A stretch of DNA of 64,000 nucleotides from positions 139,634 to 203,633 of the forward strand of contig JAWLBL010000009.1 in assembly GCA_041687695.1 (NCBI GenBank), written 5' to 3'. This DNA comes from Myxococcota bacterium. GTDB lineage: Bacteria; Myxococcota_A; UBA9042; PHBI01; JAWLBL01. Within the stretch, counting starts at the first letter, position 1. Each line of letters begins with the position of its first letter. The notes under the pieces are model-generated. The model was given only the letters and a program-made list of their open reading frames with translations. It was not told the origin of the DNA and did not search any database. Position numbers and translations under genes: made by a program. This document shows, one piece after another, positions 1 to 9,153 of the stretch.

Positions 1-670
1 CGATAGGTCCGAGGGTCGAGTCGTCGAGGGACCATGGGGCCTGCGAGAGCCACCGTCCACCGACCCATTGACGGACCGTCGAGACCGAGAGGGGATCGGC
101 CGACGTGCCCCGGCTCTCGCGCTCGATCACCTCGTTGACGATGTCGTCGCGGGTCGCCGGCGCCAGGCGCGCGATGGCGATCGCGGCGCCCAGGCGGACA
201 CGGCTGGCCTCAACCAGGTCGAGGATGCCGCTCGGCAGGTCGAGGAGCGCGAGGCGGTCGCGCACGTACCGCTCGTGCCGGCCGATGCGCGTCGCGATCT
301 CCACCGCGTCCTCGCCGAGCCGCACCAAGGCCGCGAAGGCCTGCGCCTCCTCGACGGGGGTGACGTCGGCCCGCTGGTTGTTCTCGATGATGCGCGCGTG
401 CCCCGCGGCGCGGTCGTCCAGCTCGCGGACGACCGCGGGGATCTTCTCGAGGCCCGCCGCGCCCGCCGCCCGGAACCGCCGCGCCCCGCAGACGATCTCG
501 AAGCGCTTGCCGCCCCCGGGGTGCGGGCGGACGAGGATCGGCTGCAGGACCCCGTGCTCGGTGATGGAGGCCGCCAGCTCGGCGAGGCGGTCCTCGTCGA
601 ACCGCCGGCGCGGGTTGTGCGGCGACTCCTCGATGAGGCTGAGGGCGAGTTCACTGGTCTTCGCGGCCAT
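1..670 (-). CDS. ParB/RepB/Spo0J family protein (runs off left edge)
   Basis: Manual translation from ATG 670: MAAKTSELALSLIEESPHNPRRRFDEDRLAELAASITEHGVLQPILVRP...FEIVCGARRFRA...IENNQRADVTPVEEA, typical ParB N-terminal motifs. Confidence 0.9.
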   Translation of the reverse strand, partial: MAAKTSELALSLIEESPHNPRRRFDEDRLAELAASITEHGVLQPILVRPHPGGGKRFEIVCGARRFRAAGAAGLEKIPAVVRELDDRAAGHARIIENNQRADVTPVEEAQAFAALVRLGEDAVEIATRIGRHERYVRDRLALLDLPSGILDLVEASRVRLGAAIAIARLAPATRDDIVNEVIERESRGTSADPLSVSTVRQWVGGRWLSQAPWSLDDSTLGPI

Positions 671-914
671 GGCCGACCTCGAGGGGAGAGATGAGGCCGA
701 GCTGCTCGCCTCGGACCTCGAGGGCGGCGTACTCGGCGCGGATGCGATGTCCATGGCGGGCCACGAGGCGGGCCCGCTCCTGCCTGATGAGGCGCTCCGA
801 CTGGGGCAGGGCCTGCAGCTTCCGGAGCGCGGCCTTCGCGCGGTCGCGCGCCGCGTCGGGGACGCGCGGGTCGTCGCCGGCGTCGTCGGCCGACGTCAGC
901 TCGAAGGCCTCCAC
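651..914 (-). CDS. Phage hypothetical protein
   Basis: 87-aa ORF filling the gap between co-oriented early genes. Confidence 0.55.
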   Translation of the reverse strand: MEAFELTSADDAGDDPRVPDAARDRAKAALRKLQALPQSERLIRQERARLVARHGHRIRAEYAALEVRGEQLGLISPLEVGHGREDQ

Positions 915-915
915 G

Positions 916-1716
916 TCATGCCGCCGCGGCGGTGTCGGGCTCGGCGAGCAGCGCGCGGATCTGGTCGGCGCGCTCGTCGGTCACCGCCTTATGGCCGTTC
1001 GCCCAGTTGCGGACGGCGCCGGTGGACACCCCCAGGCGCGCCGCAGCGTCCTTGAGGCCGAACCGCTTGACGCAGGCACCGACCAGCGCCTTGCGGTCCT
1101 CGGGCTCGGGCGCGGCGAGCGACGTCGGCGGCTGCGCTTCGATGTAGTCGGCGATCGCCAGCTCGAGCACGTCACGCACGCTGCAGCCGCCCTCCCGAGC
1201 GATGGCCTCGAGGGACATGAGCTGCACAGCGCCGACGAGATCCTCGAGCCCCGGCTGGCCCGCCGCTTCGAGGCTCTTCATCTTCAGGGCGATCGCCTCG
1301 GCCAAGGTCGACCCCGGCCGTAGCCATGCCTTGCCGACCGCTTCGCGCGCGGCATCGATCTGCGCCTGCAGGCGCTCGACCTCCTGGTCGGCCGAGCGCT
1401 CCCCGGCGACGGCGCCGACGAGCTGCGTCTGGGCCCGCTCGAGCGCCTCCCCGACGCACCCGATGCAGGCGAAACCGTAGTCGGCCAGCCGGAGGCGCTC
1501 GGTGCACGGCGAGCCGCAGTGCTCGCACTTCTCCTGCGCGATGGCCGCGGACTCGGGTACGAGGACGACCTCCTCGTACAGCCGGGCGCCCCAGGCGCGC
1601 GCATCCTCCGGCGTGTCGCAGCGGAACTCGAACTCCTCGTCCTCGATGCAGAGGTAGACGGAGGGCGCTCCGCCCTCGTACGACCCAGCTGCCGTCACCT
1701 GTGCCTTGACCTTCAT
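916..1716 (-). CDS. Phage protein with CxxC..CxxC motif and C-terminal HTH
   Basis: Start MKVKAQ overlaps the upstream stop (ATGA); CEHC..CIGC; LKDAAARLGVSTGAVRNWANG. Confidence 0.7.
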   Translation of the reverse strand: MKVKAQVTAAGSYEGGAPSVYLCIEDEEFEFRCDTPEDARAWGARLYEEVVLVPESAAIAQEKCEHCGSPCTERLRLADYGFACIGCVGEALERAQTQLVGAVAGERSADQEVERLQAQIDAAREAVGKAWLRPGSTLAEAIALKMKSLEAAGQPGLEDLVGAVQLMSLEAIAREGGCSVRDVLELAIADYIEAQPPTSLAAPEPEDRKALVGACVKRFGLKDAAARLGVSTGAVRNWANGHKAVTDERADQIRALLAEPDTAAAA

Positions 1717-2183
1717 GCTGATGCCTCCAGGCCGAGCGCCTCGACGAGATCGAGGATGCTGCCCGGCGTGAGCGTGCGGATGCGGACGACCACCCGAGGC
1801 CGACCCAACCGCTCCGCGTAGACCTTGACCGTGTCGCCGGCGACGACCTGAGCGTCGTCGCGCCACAGCGTCTGCAGGCCGTCGAGCACGGCCTTCCTGA
1901 TGTTGTCCGCGTCCGGGCGGACAGGCGCCCAGACCAGCCCGGTCGGATGCCGCTTGCCCTGGTCGAGCCGCTTGGGCCTTGGCATCACCGCCAGGATGTC
2001 GACTCGCACCGGCCCCTCGATGATGTCTCGCGGCGCCTTCTCCGACGCGACGAGAGCCACCGATGCCTCGAAGCTCCGCGTCTTCGTCGGCGTGACCATC
2101 CGCGGCCGGCCCGCGGGGCCCGGCACGGCGCGAGGCCGGCCCTTGGCCACGGGCGGGAGCGGGATGTTCAAGGTGATGTCCAT
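1713..2183 (-). CDS. rusA: RusA-family Holliday junction resolvase
   Basis: PVAKGRPR, RPDADNIRKAVLDGL, WRDDAQVV motifs. Confidence 0.9.
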   Translation of the reverse strand: MDITLNIPLPPVAKGRPRAVPGPAGRPRMVTPTKTRSFEASVALVASEKAPRDIIEGPVRVDILAVMPRPKRLDQGKRHPTGLVWAPVRPDADNIRKAVLDGLQTLWRDDAQVVAGDTVKVYAERLGRPRVVVRIRTLTPGSILDLVEALGLEASA

Positions 2184-2265
2184 CCGGGCCTCGAAGTGGA
2201 AAGGGCGACCACGGCGCGGGGTCATGGCGTGACGGAGGAACTCCCGCGCCGTGGTCGCGAACTGG

Positions 2266-3132
2266 TCAGGCGGCGGCGGCCGTCGGCGCCTGGGCGAAGC
2301 TGTCCCGCAGCGACCCGCAGACGCGGCGCAGGACCTCGGCCGTGACCCGCACGTCGTACAGGGCCTCGTGGAGCGCGCCCTCGTCGACGTCGATGCCCAG
2401 GGCCCGCGCGAGCTCGCCGTTGCGCGTGGACGGGAACCGACCCGTCCCGCACGCGAGCTGCAGCGTGTAGGCGATCTGGCGCGTGTCGAGCAGCGTCCCA
2501 GCGACCCCCAGCTCCGGGACCGGCTTGTAGTCGCGGCCCTGCACGAAGCGTCCCGCGGCCGTCGCCATGTCGACCAGGATGGGCCAGTCGAACTCGAGGC
2601 CGTTGTGGGCGACGAAGCGCACCGGGGGCAGCACGTCCCGCACGCGGACGCCGGCGAAGTCCGACCAGCGCCAGGTGTAGTTCTCGGCGCGCATGGCCGA
2701 GCCAGCCGGCTCGCTGTCCCAGCACACGCGGGAGCCGACCTGCAGCAGGTCGCTCAGCGAGGCCGGGGCCATGCCGCAGAGCTTGCTCGACAGCTCGACG
2801 TAGAAGCGGCCCGACCACCGCCCCTCCGTCTTCACCCACCCGCGCTTGACCACCGTCGCATACTCGGGCGGCGCGCCGACCAGGTCGCACAGGGCGGCGA
2901 CGGCATCCTCACGCGAGACGGCCTCACGCTCCCAGACCTCGGCGTTGTAGCCGTTCATCGCGAGGGCCTCGGGATCGGCGCTCTCCGGGTGGGTCATGCG
3001 GATCTTGGTCTCGACGTGGCCCACCTCGCGCAGGTCGGTGTCGAGGAGGACCGCGGCGAGCTGGATGGGCTCGTGTCGGCCGGGGCAGTCGAGGCCAGAG
3101 GTCTCGAAGTCGAAGACGCAGGTCATGGTCAT
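2266..3132 (-). CDS. DEDDh 3'-5' exonuclease (DnaQ-like)
   Basis: VFDFETSG, AHNGLEFD, LLDT and HEALYDV Exo motifs. Confidence 0.85.
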   Translation of the reverse strand: MTMTCVFDFETSGLDCPGRHEPIQLAAVLLDTDLREVGHVETKIRMTHPESADPEALAMNGYNAEVWEREAVSREDAVAALCDLVGAPPEYATVVKRGWVKTEGRWSGRFYVELSSKLCGMAPASLSDLLQVGSRVCWDSEPAGSAMRAENYTWRWSDFAGVRVRDVLPPVRFVAHNGLEFDWPILVDMATAAGRFVQGRDYKPVPELGVAGTLLDTRQIAYTLQLACGTGRFPSTRNGELARALGIDVDEGALHEALYDVRVTAEVLRRVCGSLRDSFAQAPTAAAA

Positions 3133-3151
3133 GGCAGGTCTCTCCTGAGGG

Positions 3152-4030
3152 TCAGGCGGCCGCGGCCGCGTCGGTGGCCGGGGGCCCGGCCTTGAGGGTC
3201 TCGACGAGGCCGTCGACCTTGTCCTTGTCGACGTCGTCCGCCGTCTTGGCGTCCACGGTCGCGAGCAGCGCGGCGACCTGGTCGCGGGTCCAGCGCTTGC
3301 CGCGGATCTCCGTGACGATGGCCTCGCGCAGGCGCGCGGCCGGGGGCATGCCCTCGGCGACCGCAGCCTCGAGGGCCGCCCACTCCAGCGGCAGCGGGTC
3401 GGGCAGGACGCGCGTGCGCGACCCGGCCTCGTACCTGCGCGGGTTGGGGCGCGTGCGCAGGACGCGGTTGCCCTCGCGATCGGCCGTGGCGAAGAGGATC
3501 GTGTCGACCAGGCCTGCGACCACATCGCCCTGGCTGCCCTTGATGCTCGGCCGCAGCACGATGGCGCTCTTCCCGCCGTCGACCTCGACCTCCTTCTCGA
3601 GGCAGTGCGAGATGAAGATGACGCCCATCGGCAGCCCGCACAGGCGGTTCACCTGCAGCGTCCACTCCTTCTTCACCGCGCCGAAGCCCTTGCCGTACCC
3701 CATGTCCGAGGGGTCATCGATGCCCAGCCGAGCGCAGACGTGCGCCGTGCAGTACATCGCCGCGTTGTCGACCGTGTCGATGACCACCGTTTTGAACTGG
3801 TGCTTGCCGGCCTCGAGCTCGTTGATGGCGGCGACGAAGGTCCGCCAGTCCCGCACGGGGACGTTGAAGGTCTCGAGGTGGTTCAGGCCCGGCTCGCATG
3901 CGAGGAAGACCGCAGCGGGCGCCGAGGCGGCGAAGGTGCTCTTGCCGATCTTCGGCGGCCCGTAGAGCAGGATGCTCAGCTCGGACAGCGCGGTCTTCGG
4001 CGGGGTGGGCTTGGTCGGGAGGAGTCCCAT
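3152..4030 (-). CDS. Sak4-like AAA ATPase (phage recombinase)
   Basis: LLYGPPKIGKST Walker A, TVVIDTVD Walker B, GYGKGF, IFISH. Confidence 0.85.
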   Translation of the reverse strand: MGLLPTKPTPPKTALSELSILLYGPPKIGKSTFAASAPAAVFLACEPGLNHLETFNVPVRDWRTFVAAINELEAGKHQFKTVVIDTVDNAAMYCTAHVCARLGIDDPSDMGYGKGFGAVKKEWTLQVNRLCGLPMGVIFISHCLEKEVEVDGGKSAIVLRPSIKGSQGDVVAGLVDTILFATADREGNRVLRTRPNPRRYEAGSRTRVLPDPLPLEWAALEAAVAEGMPPAARLREAIVTEIRGKRWTRDQVAALLATVDAKTADDVDKDKVDGLVETLKAGPPATDAAAAA

Positions 4031-4041
4031 CGTGTCTCCGG

Positions 4042-5694
4042 TCAGGCGGCGACGCCGAGCTCGCGCTCGATGCGGCGCTTGGCGAACTTGAGGGTCATGA
4101 GGCAGGCGGCCTCGTATCGGCTCACAGCGGTCGGCAGCTTCATGCGCTCGAGGTGCGCGAGCTGCTTGGGGGTCGGCTCGGCCGCGAGCCACTCCCGGTT
4201 GCGGCCGGCGGCCTTGCGGTCGCCTCGCTGGCGCATCCAGTCGTCGCCGGCGGCGACGCAGACGTTCTCGGTTCCAGAAGCGAGATGCTCGACGACGCCC
4301 TCGTCCCCCCCGAAGGCGTGCCACACGCCCGACTTCGAGAAGGCGACCGCCCACACCTTGAAGGCCGTCGCGACGCGGCAGCGCTCATTGAACGACCACC
4401 AGCTGAACGGCGACTGCCCGATGAGGAGGTCGAGCTCGACCATCCGGAACTCTTCGAGCGTCTGGACCTCGCGCAGTTCCTGCGGCCAGGAGTACGAGCA
4501 CAGCGGGCAGGACTTGCAGCCGAGCGGCACCATCGCCTTGCAGCCCGGGCAGGCCTTCTTGGGCGCGAAGCGGGGCCCGCCCTCGCCCTCGCCCGGCGTC
4601 TTGCCGTCCAGGTCGACGAGCTGCTCGATCCCGCCGTGCGTCAGCAGCGAGCGGCCGAAGTCCATGACGACGCAGTCCGTCTTGACGAGGCCCGGGTAGC
4701 GCTTGGGGTCGATGGTGCGCAGGCCTCGACCGATCATCTGGACCATCGTGCTCTCGCAGCTCGACGGCCGCAGGAGCATCACGCAGGAGATCGGCGGGCT
4801 GTCGAAGCCCTCGGTGGCGACGGCGACGTTGGTGAGGACCTGCAGCTCGCCGCGGTCCAGGGCGCGGAAGGTGCGCTTGCGCTCCTCGCTGCCGGTCTCG
4901 CCGGTCACGCAGGCCGCGGCGACGCCGGCGGCGCGGAAGGCCTCCGCGACGTGCTCGGCGTGGCCGACCGTGCTGCAGAAGGCGATGGTCCTGCGGTCGC
5001 CCGCCTGCGCCCGCCACTGGCCCAGGATGGCATCGGTCACGGGGGCGACGTCCATGAGCGCTTCGACCGCGGCCATGTCGTACTCGCCGACGCGGGTCTT
5101 CGGGATCTTCGAGAGGCCGTCGCTGATCCCGACGTCGATGACCATCGCCCGCGGCGCGACCAGGTGGCCCGCCCGGATGAGCTCGGCGACCGTGATCTGG
5201 TCTGCGACGTTGCCGAAGACCTTCCGCAACCCCTTCTTGTCGGCCCGGTTCGGCGTCGCCGTGACACCGCAGACCTTCACGTCGGGGTTCAGCTCGCGGG
5301 CCCGCTCGATGATGCGCATCCAGCTGTCGGCCGCGGCGTGGTGCGCCTCGTCGCACAGGACCAGGTCGAAGGCCGGCATCTTCGACAGCGAGCCCTCGCG
5401 GCTGAGCGTCGGGACCATCGCGAACGTCGCCGTCTGCGACCAGCGCTTGTCGGACGCCGTCCAGACCGTCGAGCCCACGCCCGGGTTGACGGCCTGGAAG
5501 GTGCGCCGGTTCTGCTCGACGAGCTCGTCGCGGTGCTGCAGAACCAGCGCGCGACCGCCGTGCCGGCCGATGATGGCCGACATCATCACGGTCTTTCCGG
5601 CGCCCGTCGGCGCGATGCCGAGGGTGCTTCCGTGCTCCTCGAGCGCGGCGAGCACACGGCCGACGAAGACCTCCTGGCGAGGGCGGAGCAGCAT
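4042..5694 (-). CDS. SF2 DEAH-box helicase with C-terminal zinc ribbon
   Basis: PTGAGKT, DEAHH, TATP, QMIGRGLR, CPGC..CPLC. Confidence 0.92.
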   Translation of the reverse strand: MLLRPRQEVFVGRVLAALEEHGSTLGIAPTGAGKTVMMSAIIGRHGGRALVLQHRDELVEQNRRTFQAVNPGVGSTVWTASDKRWSQTATFAMVPTLSREGSLSKMPAFDLVLCDEAHHAAADSWMRIIERARELNPDVKVCGVTATPNRADKKGLRKVFGNVADQITVAELIRAGHLVAPRAMVIDVGISDGLSKIPKTRVGEYDMAAVEALMDVAPVTDAILGQWRAQAGDRRTIAFCSTVGHAEHVAEAFRAAGVAAACVTGETGSEERKRTFRALDRGELQVLTNVAVATEGFDSPPISCVMLLRPSSCESTMVQMIGRGLRTIDPKRYPGLVKTDCVVMDFGRSLLTHGGIEQLVDLDGKTPGEGEGGPRFAPKKACPGCKAMVPLGCKSCPLCSYSWPQELREVQTLEEFRMVELDLLIGQSPFSWWSFNERCRVATAFKVWAVAFSKSGVWHAFGGDEGVVEHLASGTENVCVAAGDDWMRQRGDRKAAGRNREWLAAEPTPKQLAHLERMKLPTAVSRYEAACLMTLKFAKRRIERELGVAA

Positions 5695-6083
5695 CAGCAG
5701 GCCTTCCCCGCACCTGCATCCGACACCGGCAGCCAGGCCAGGCGCCGCAGGACGCCCCGGCTGTCAGCCGCCCAAAGGTAGGGGACAAGCATGTGGCCCA
5801 CGTCGCCAGGGATGCGCTCGGCGAGTTCGAGCGCGAGGGTCTTCAGCTCGGCCTTCTCGGCCCAGGCGTCCTCCAGGTCGGACTGGGACGAATCCAACTC
5901 ATCTTGGACATCTTCGAGGCGCCTCTCGGCGCGCCGGACCTCCTCCTCGGTCTCCGCGAGCTCGCTCTCGAGGTCCTCGATGACCTTGCAGGCCCGCTTG
6001 AGGTACTCGCGCAGATCCTCGGGCTGCATAGCGTCGAGCTTCAAGAGCAGCAGCCGGCGGTGTTGCTGGTTGCCCAGGTTCAC
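5694..6083 (-). CDS. Phage coiled-coil hypothetical protein
   Basis: GTG 6083 overlaps the upstream stop; acidic heptad-rich sequence. Confidence 0.6.
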   Translation of the reverse strand: MNLGNQQHRRLLLLKLDAMQPEDLREYLKRACKVIEDLESELAETEEEVRRAERRLEDVQDELDSSQSDLEDAWAEKAELKTLALELAERIPGDVGHMLVPYLWAADSRGVLRRLAWLPVSDAGAGKAC

Positions 6084-6655
6084 GACGTCCTCCTGCCGTG
6101 CAGCAGCTCCCGGCCGCCGGCGGCGCGGTAGGCTTCGATGGCCTTCTTCTCGACCTCGGCGCGGTGGCACTTGAGGCAGAGGCCGTCGGGAAAGCGGTCG
6201 GTCCAAGGCTTCACGCGGGAGTCCTGAAGGCGCAGGCCGTGGTGCATCAAGCTCGCGTCCGCGGAATCCTTCGTCTTCTCCACGTCGCGGCTCCACGCAA
6301 CCCGAGGGCCTCCACTGCACGCCCACTGCGCAAAGAGCCCAGGCCTGACGTACTGGAACCAGTCTTTGCCGTTGCGGGCCTGCACGAGCTTCACGGCAGG
6401 CGGCGAGCCTTCCAGACCAAGGAAGTGGCGCACCCAACGCCCCTTGTCGTCGAGCGCCCAGGGCCCGACGTCGAAGCCATCGTCGTTGACCCTCAGGTGG
6501 TGGTAGATCCACCAGGCAAAGCGGGAGTCGTACCCGCCCTCGGCCTCGTAGCAATGGGCCAAGGCTCGAAGATGATGCCGGTCCTTGATGGCCGCGCAGG
6601 CCTCGACCGCAGCCTTGGGCGGCTCGCAGCAGCCGGTCCACTCGACGAGATGCAT
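6080..6655 (-). CDS. Phage hypothetical protein
   Basis: MHLVEWTGCC...CLKC; coupled to both neighbours. Confidence 0.6.
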   Translation of the reverse strand: MHLVEWTGCCEPPKAAVEACAAIKDRHHLRALAHCYEAEGGYDSRFAWWIYHHLRVNDDGFDVGPWALDDKGRWVRHFLGLEGSPPAVKLVQARNGKDWFQYVRPGLFAQWACSGGPRVAWSRDVEKTKDSADASLMHHGLRLQDSRVKPWTDRFPDGLCLKCHRAEVEKKAIEAYRAAGGRELLHGRRTS

Positions 6656-6951
6656 CACGACGCCACCTCGACCAGCTCGGCGGCGCCGGCGGGAAGAGCC
6701 ATGCGCGGGCCAGCCCAAGCGCCGGCGCGCCCGGCGGCGACTCGGGTCGGCCGGCCGGCGCGGAGAGCCGCCTCGCCCTCCAGGCGCGCCGCGTCGGCCT
6801 CGAGGTGCTCGCGCAAGGTGATGGCAGCGCCCATCAACTCGCCGACGCGGTCGCTCGGCGAGCGTCGCACCTTGGCGTTCACGTAGGCGCGGATCTGCTC
6901 GGACAGGTCACGCAGGGCGGCCGCACGGGCCGTGTAGTCGTCGCGCTCCAT
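6655..6951 (-). CDS. First gene of the leftward early operon, hypothetical
   Basis: GGAGG RBS before ATG 6951 (MERDDYTAR...), just downstream of a PL-like promoter. Confidence 0.55.
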   Translation of the reverse strand: MERDDYTARAAALRDLSEQIRAYVNAKVRRSPSDRVGELMGAAITLREHLEADAARLEGEAALRAGRPTRVAAGRAGAWAGPRMALPAGAAELVEVAS

Positions 6952-6980
6952 GATGCCTCCGTCGGTTGGGACGAAGGCGA

Positions 6981-7031
6981 GCATGCGTGACCATGAATCA
7001 CACGTCAAGGCCGAAAGTGATGCATGGTCAC
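6981..7031 (-). promoter_or_regulatory. PL-like promoter with two operators
   Basis: Minus strand TTGACG-17 bp-CATGCT; near-palindromes GTGACCATGAATCAC (6987-7001) and GTGATGCATGGTCAC (7017-7031). Confidence 0.7.
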
Positions 7032-7090
7032 AGGTGCCAGATCGCGGGTCGGGTGGGCTTCTGGTAGGCTCCGGGGTGGAGGTCAGCCCC

Positions 7091-7465
7091 ATGCGCATCT
7101 TGGTTCTCGACGATGAGAAGGTCCGCCACGACACGTTCGCCAGCCGCCTCGCCGGCCATGACGTGACGCACGTCTGGAGCGCGAAGGCGGCGGCGAAGGC
7201 GCTCGACCGTGAGCGGTTCGACCTCGTGTTCCTCGACCACGACCTCGGCGAGAGCGCCGGCAACGGTCAGCAGGTGGCCGACTACATCGCGCGCCGACTC
7301 GACCCCGAGAAGCGCTCCGGCCGGGTCATCGTCCATTCGTGGAACGTCGTGAGGGCGCCGCTGATGGTCGCCACGCTCTGCGGCGCTGGCATCCCCGCGC
7401 GACACGTCATCTTCCCAGGCGCGGCCGATGAGGTGTCGAGGCCTGCCTTCGAGGCGGCGGGCTGA
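7091..7465 (+). CDS. Cyclic-phosphate-processing receiver-like (cREC) protein
   Basis: ILVLDD..R, FLDHDLG, IVHSWN pattern; lacks the canonical CheY KP motif. Confidence 0.7.
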   Translation: MRILVLDDEKVRHDTFASRLAGHDVTHVWSAKAAAKALDRERFDLVFLDHDLGESAGNGQQVADYIARRLDPEKRSGRVIVHSWNVVRAPLMVATLCGAGIPARHVIFPGAADEVSRPAFEAAG

Positions 7466-7508
7466 CCTGGCCGTTCATCGCGCGGGGGCTGACACGCGAT
7501 CGAGGGCG

Positions 7509-8714
7509 TCACTCTGCCTCTGGCGACCCGCCCGAATCCTTCGGATCGCCCTGATCGTCCGGCGATAGGGGTTCAAGCCAGACTAGAGCGAACTTGCTCG
7601 AACGCACCTGCGTCGTCTCAACAATCTCAACGGTTTCCACCAAGGTGGCCATGAACCAGGACCCAAGGCTCGCGCCTTCAACGGTCGCAAAAGCGTCCTC
7701 GAGCATTCTTCCCGAGTAGCGCTTACCGTCATCAGCCTCGATCTCGTAGGACTTCAACCTGAGGTTGGCGGCAACCAGCCTGGCACGCACCTGATGCTCG
7801 ACCGGATCCTCCTGCACGAAAACCTCGACTGCCGCGAGGGCGATCTGGGCCTGGACGGGACTCATCTCGACAACATCAGCACCTGTGCGAGATGCCCATT
7901 CCAACTTGATGGGCTTTCGACTCGACACGACGGCTCGGAGGAAGTCGCGATAGCGGCTTGCCGCCCAAGGCCGGAGTTCCTCGAGTGCCCCCTTGATAGC
8001 ATCGGTGTCGCCGCCGCAGCGGATGAGGCTTCCGAGGGTCGTGACGGCCTGATGTAGAGGGCTGTCGCCAAACAAGTCGGCCGGTGCCCAAGCCATCAAC
8101 CTGATTCCCAGAGAGCCAGGGAACGTGGTGCTGAACATCAGCTGGGTCTCATCGGAGGCTGGCCGCGGGTGAGCCTTCTTAAGCCTGCGAGGCTTCCGAA
8201 GAACATCGACCGTCGATTGGAAGCGAGTAAGGACGCCCCCAACATCGGCAGCAGGCACCTCAGAACGCCCACCGTGCGCCGTCTCGAAGACCAACTCGAC
8301 GACTTCGCGATTCGACCGAACTGCGCGCTCCCAGATCGCTTCTCCTCGAGGTTCCAATTCGAGGCGCTCGCCCTCTTCTGCGAGCCACTCGTCTGGGATG
8401 GCGGATGCTTTGAGCGGCTCCACTGTCGCGAGTCCGGTCGTCGCCTCGAGCAGAACCTTGCAGACCACCCCATCTTCCGCGGAGACGTAAGCATCTCTCA
8501 GTGTGATGCGCCCTGAGCGAATCGCATTGAGCCGGTCGGTAGAGACTTGTACGTAGAGCCACGTCTCCCAGCCATCATCGTCTTCGTCCGCGGCGCTCGC
8601 GAGCCAGACCTGGCCGGACTTGCTCGTGCAGACGAACAGGCACGGGCGGTCGTAGTAGACGAAGACTTCGCCTAGCTCGAGTGAGCCGAGGACGGTATTC
8701 AGCGGAAGGCTCAC
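7509..8714 (-). CDS. DUF6575-like domain protein
   Basis: N-terminal YYDRPCLF..WLYVQVS..RL..IRSG.ITLRDAY pattern; more A/T-ending codons than flanking genes. Confidence 0.6.
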   Translation of the reverse strand: MSLPLNTVLGSLELGEVFVYYDRPCLFVCTSKSGQVWLASAADEDDDGWETWLYVQVSTDRLNAIRSGRITLRDAYVSAEDGVVCKVLLEATTGLATVEPLKASAIPDEWLAEEGERLELEPRGEAIWERAVRSNREVVELVFETAHGGRSEVPAADVGGVLTRFQSTVDVLRKPRRLKKAHPRPASDETQLMFSTTFPGSLGIRLMAWAPADLFGDSPLHQAVTTLGSLIRCGGDTDAIKGALEELRPWAASRYRDFLRAVVSSRKPIKLEWASRTGADVVEMSPVQAQIALAAVEVFVQEDPVEHQVRARLVAANLRLKSYEIEADDGKRYSGRMLEDAFATVEGASLGSWFMATLVETVEIVETTQVRSSKFALVWLEPLSPDDQGDPKDSGGSPEAE

Positions 8715-9082
8715 GAGACCACCTGGAACATCTCCCAGACGTTGTTTTCATCAGGGAGCCACCATGTGTGATGCGAGTCATCGGACCTGGGGGTCGCGAG
8801 CATGCGACCCGGGGCGCCGTCGACCGTCGCCTGCGCCACGCGCTTCTTCCTTGTCAGGCCAGTCATGCGACGGAGGCGTTCCACGTCCTCCCTCGACCTG
8901 TAGACCGAGAGGCCGCAGGCCTCACACATGTCGGCGTACTCCATTTCGGGCTTGCGTTGCCGATGGCTCAAGAAGTCTTTCGCGCGTGGTGATGCCCTGT
9001 CGACCAATCGGTAGACCGTTCCGCTCGGCGCATTGGCCTGGCGTGGAGGACATCCCTTGGGGAAGAGCGGGGACCACGACAT
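8711..9082 (-). CDS. Small hypothetical protein, possible ADP-ribosyltransferase-like fold
   Basis: 123 aa: FPKGCPP..VYR..DFLS..CGLSVY..SHHTWW; GTGA overlap with the downstream gene. Confidence 0.55.
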   Translation of the reverse strand: MSWSPLFPKGCPPRQANAPSGTVYRLVDRASPRAKDFLSHRQRKPEMEYADMCEACGLSVYRSREDVERLRRMTGLTRKKRVAQATVDGAPGRMLATPRSDDSHHTWWLPDENNVWEMFQVVS

Positions 9083-9153
9083 GAACGTTCCTTTCGAGCT
9101 ACCAAGACGGATGACGTCCTCCATTGTAACAGGGTGATGATCACGCGGGAACC

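Noticed and set aside
7091..7465. Ordinary two-component response regulator
   Set aside because: It has DHDLG and HSxN motifs, lacks the conserved KP, and has no kinase nearby
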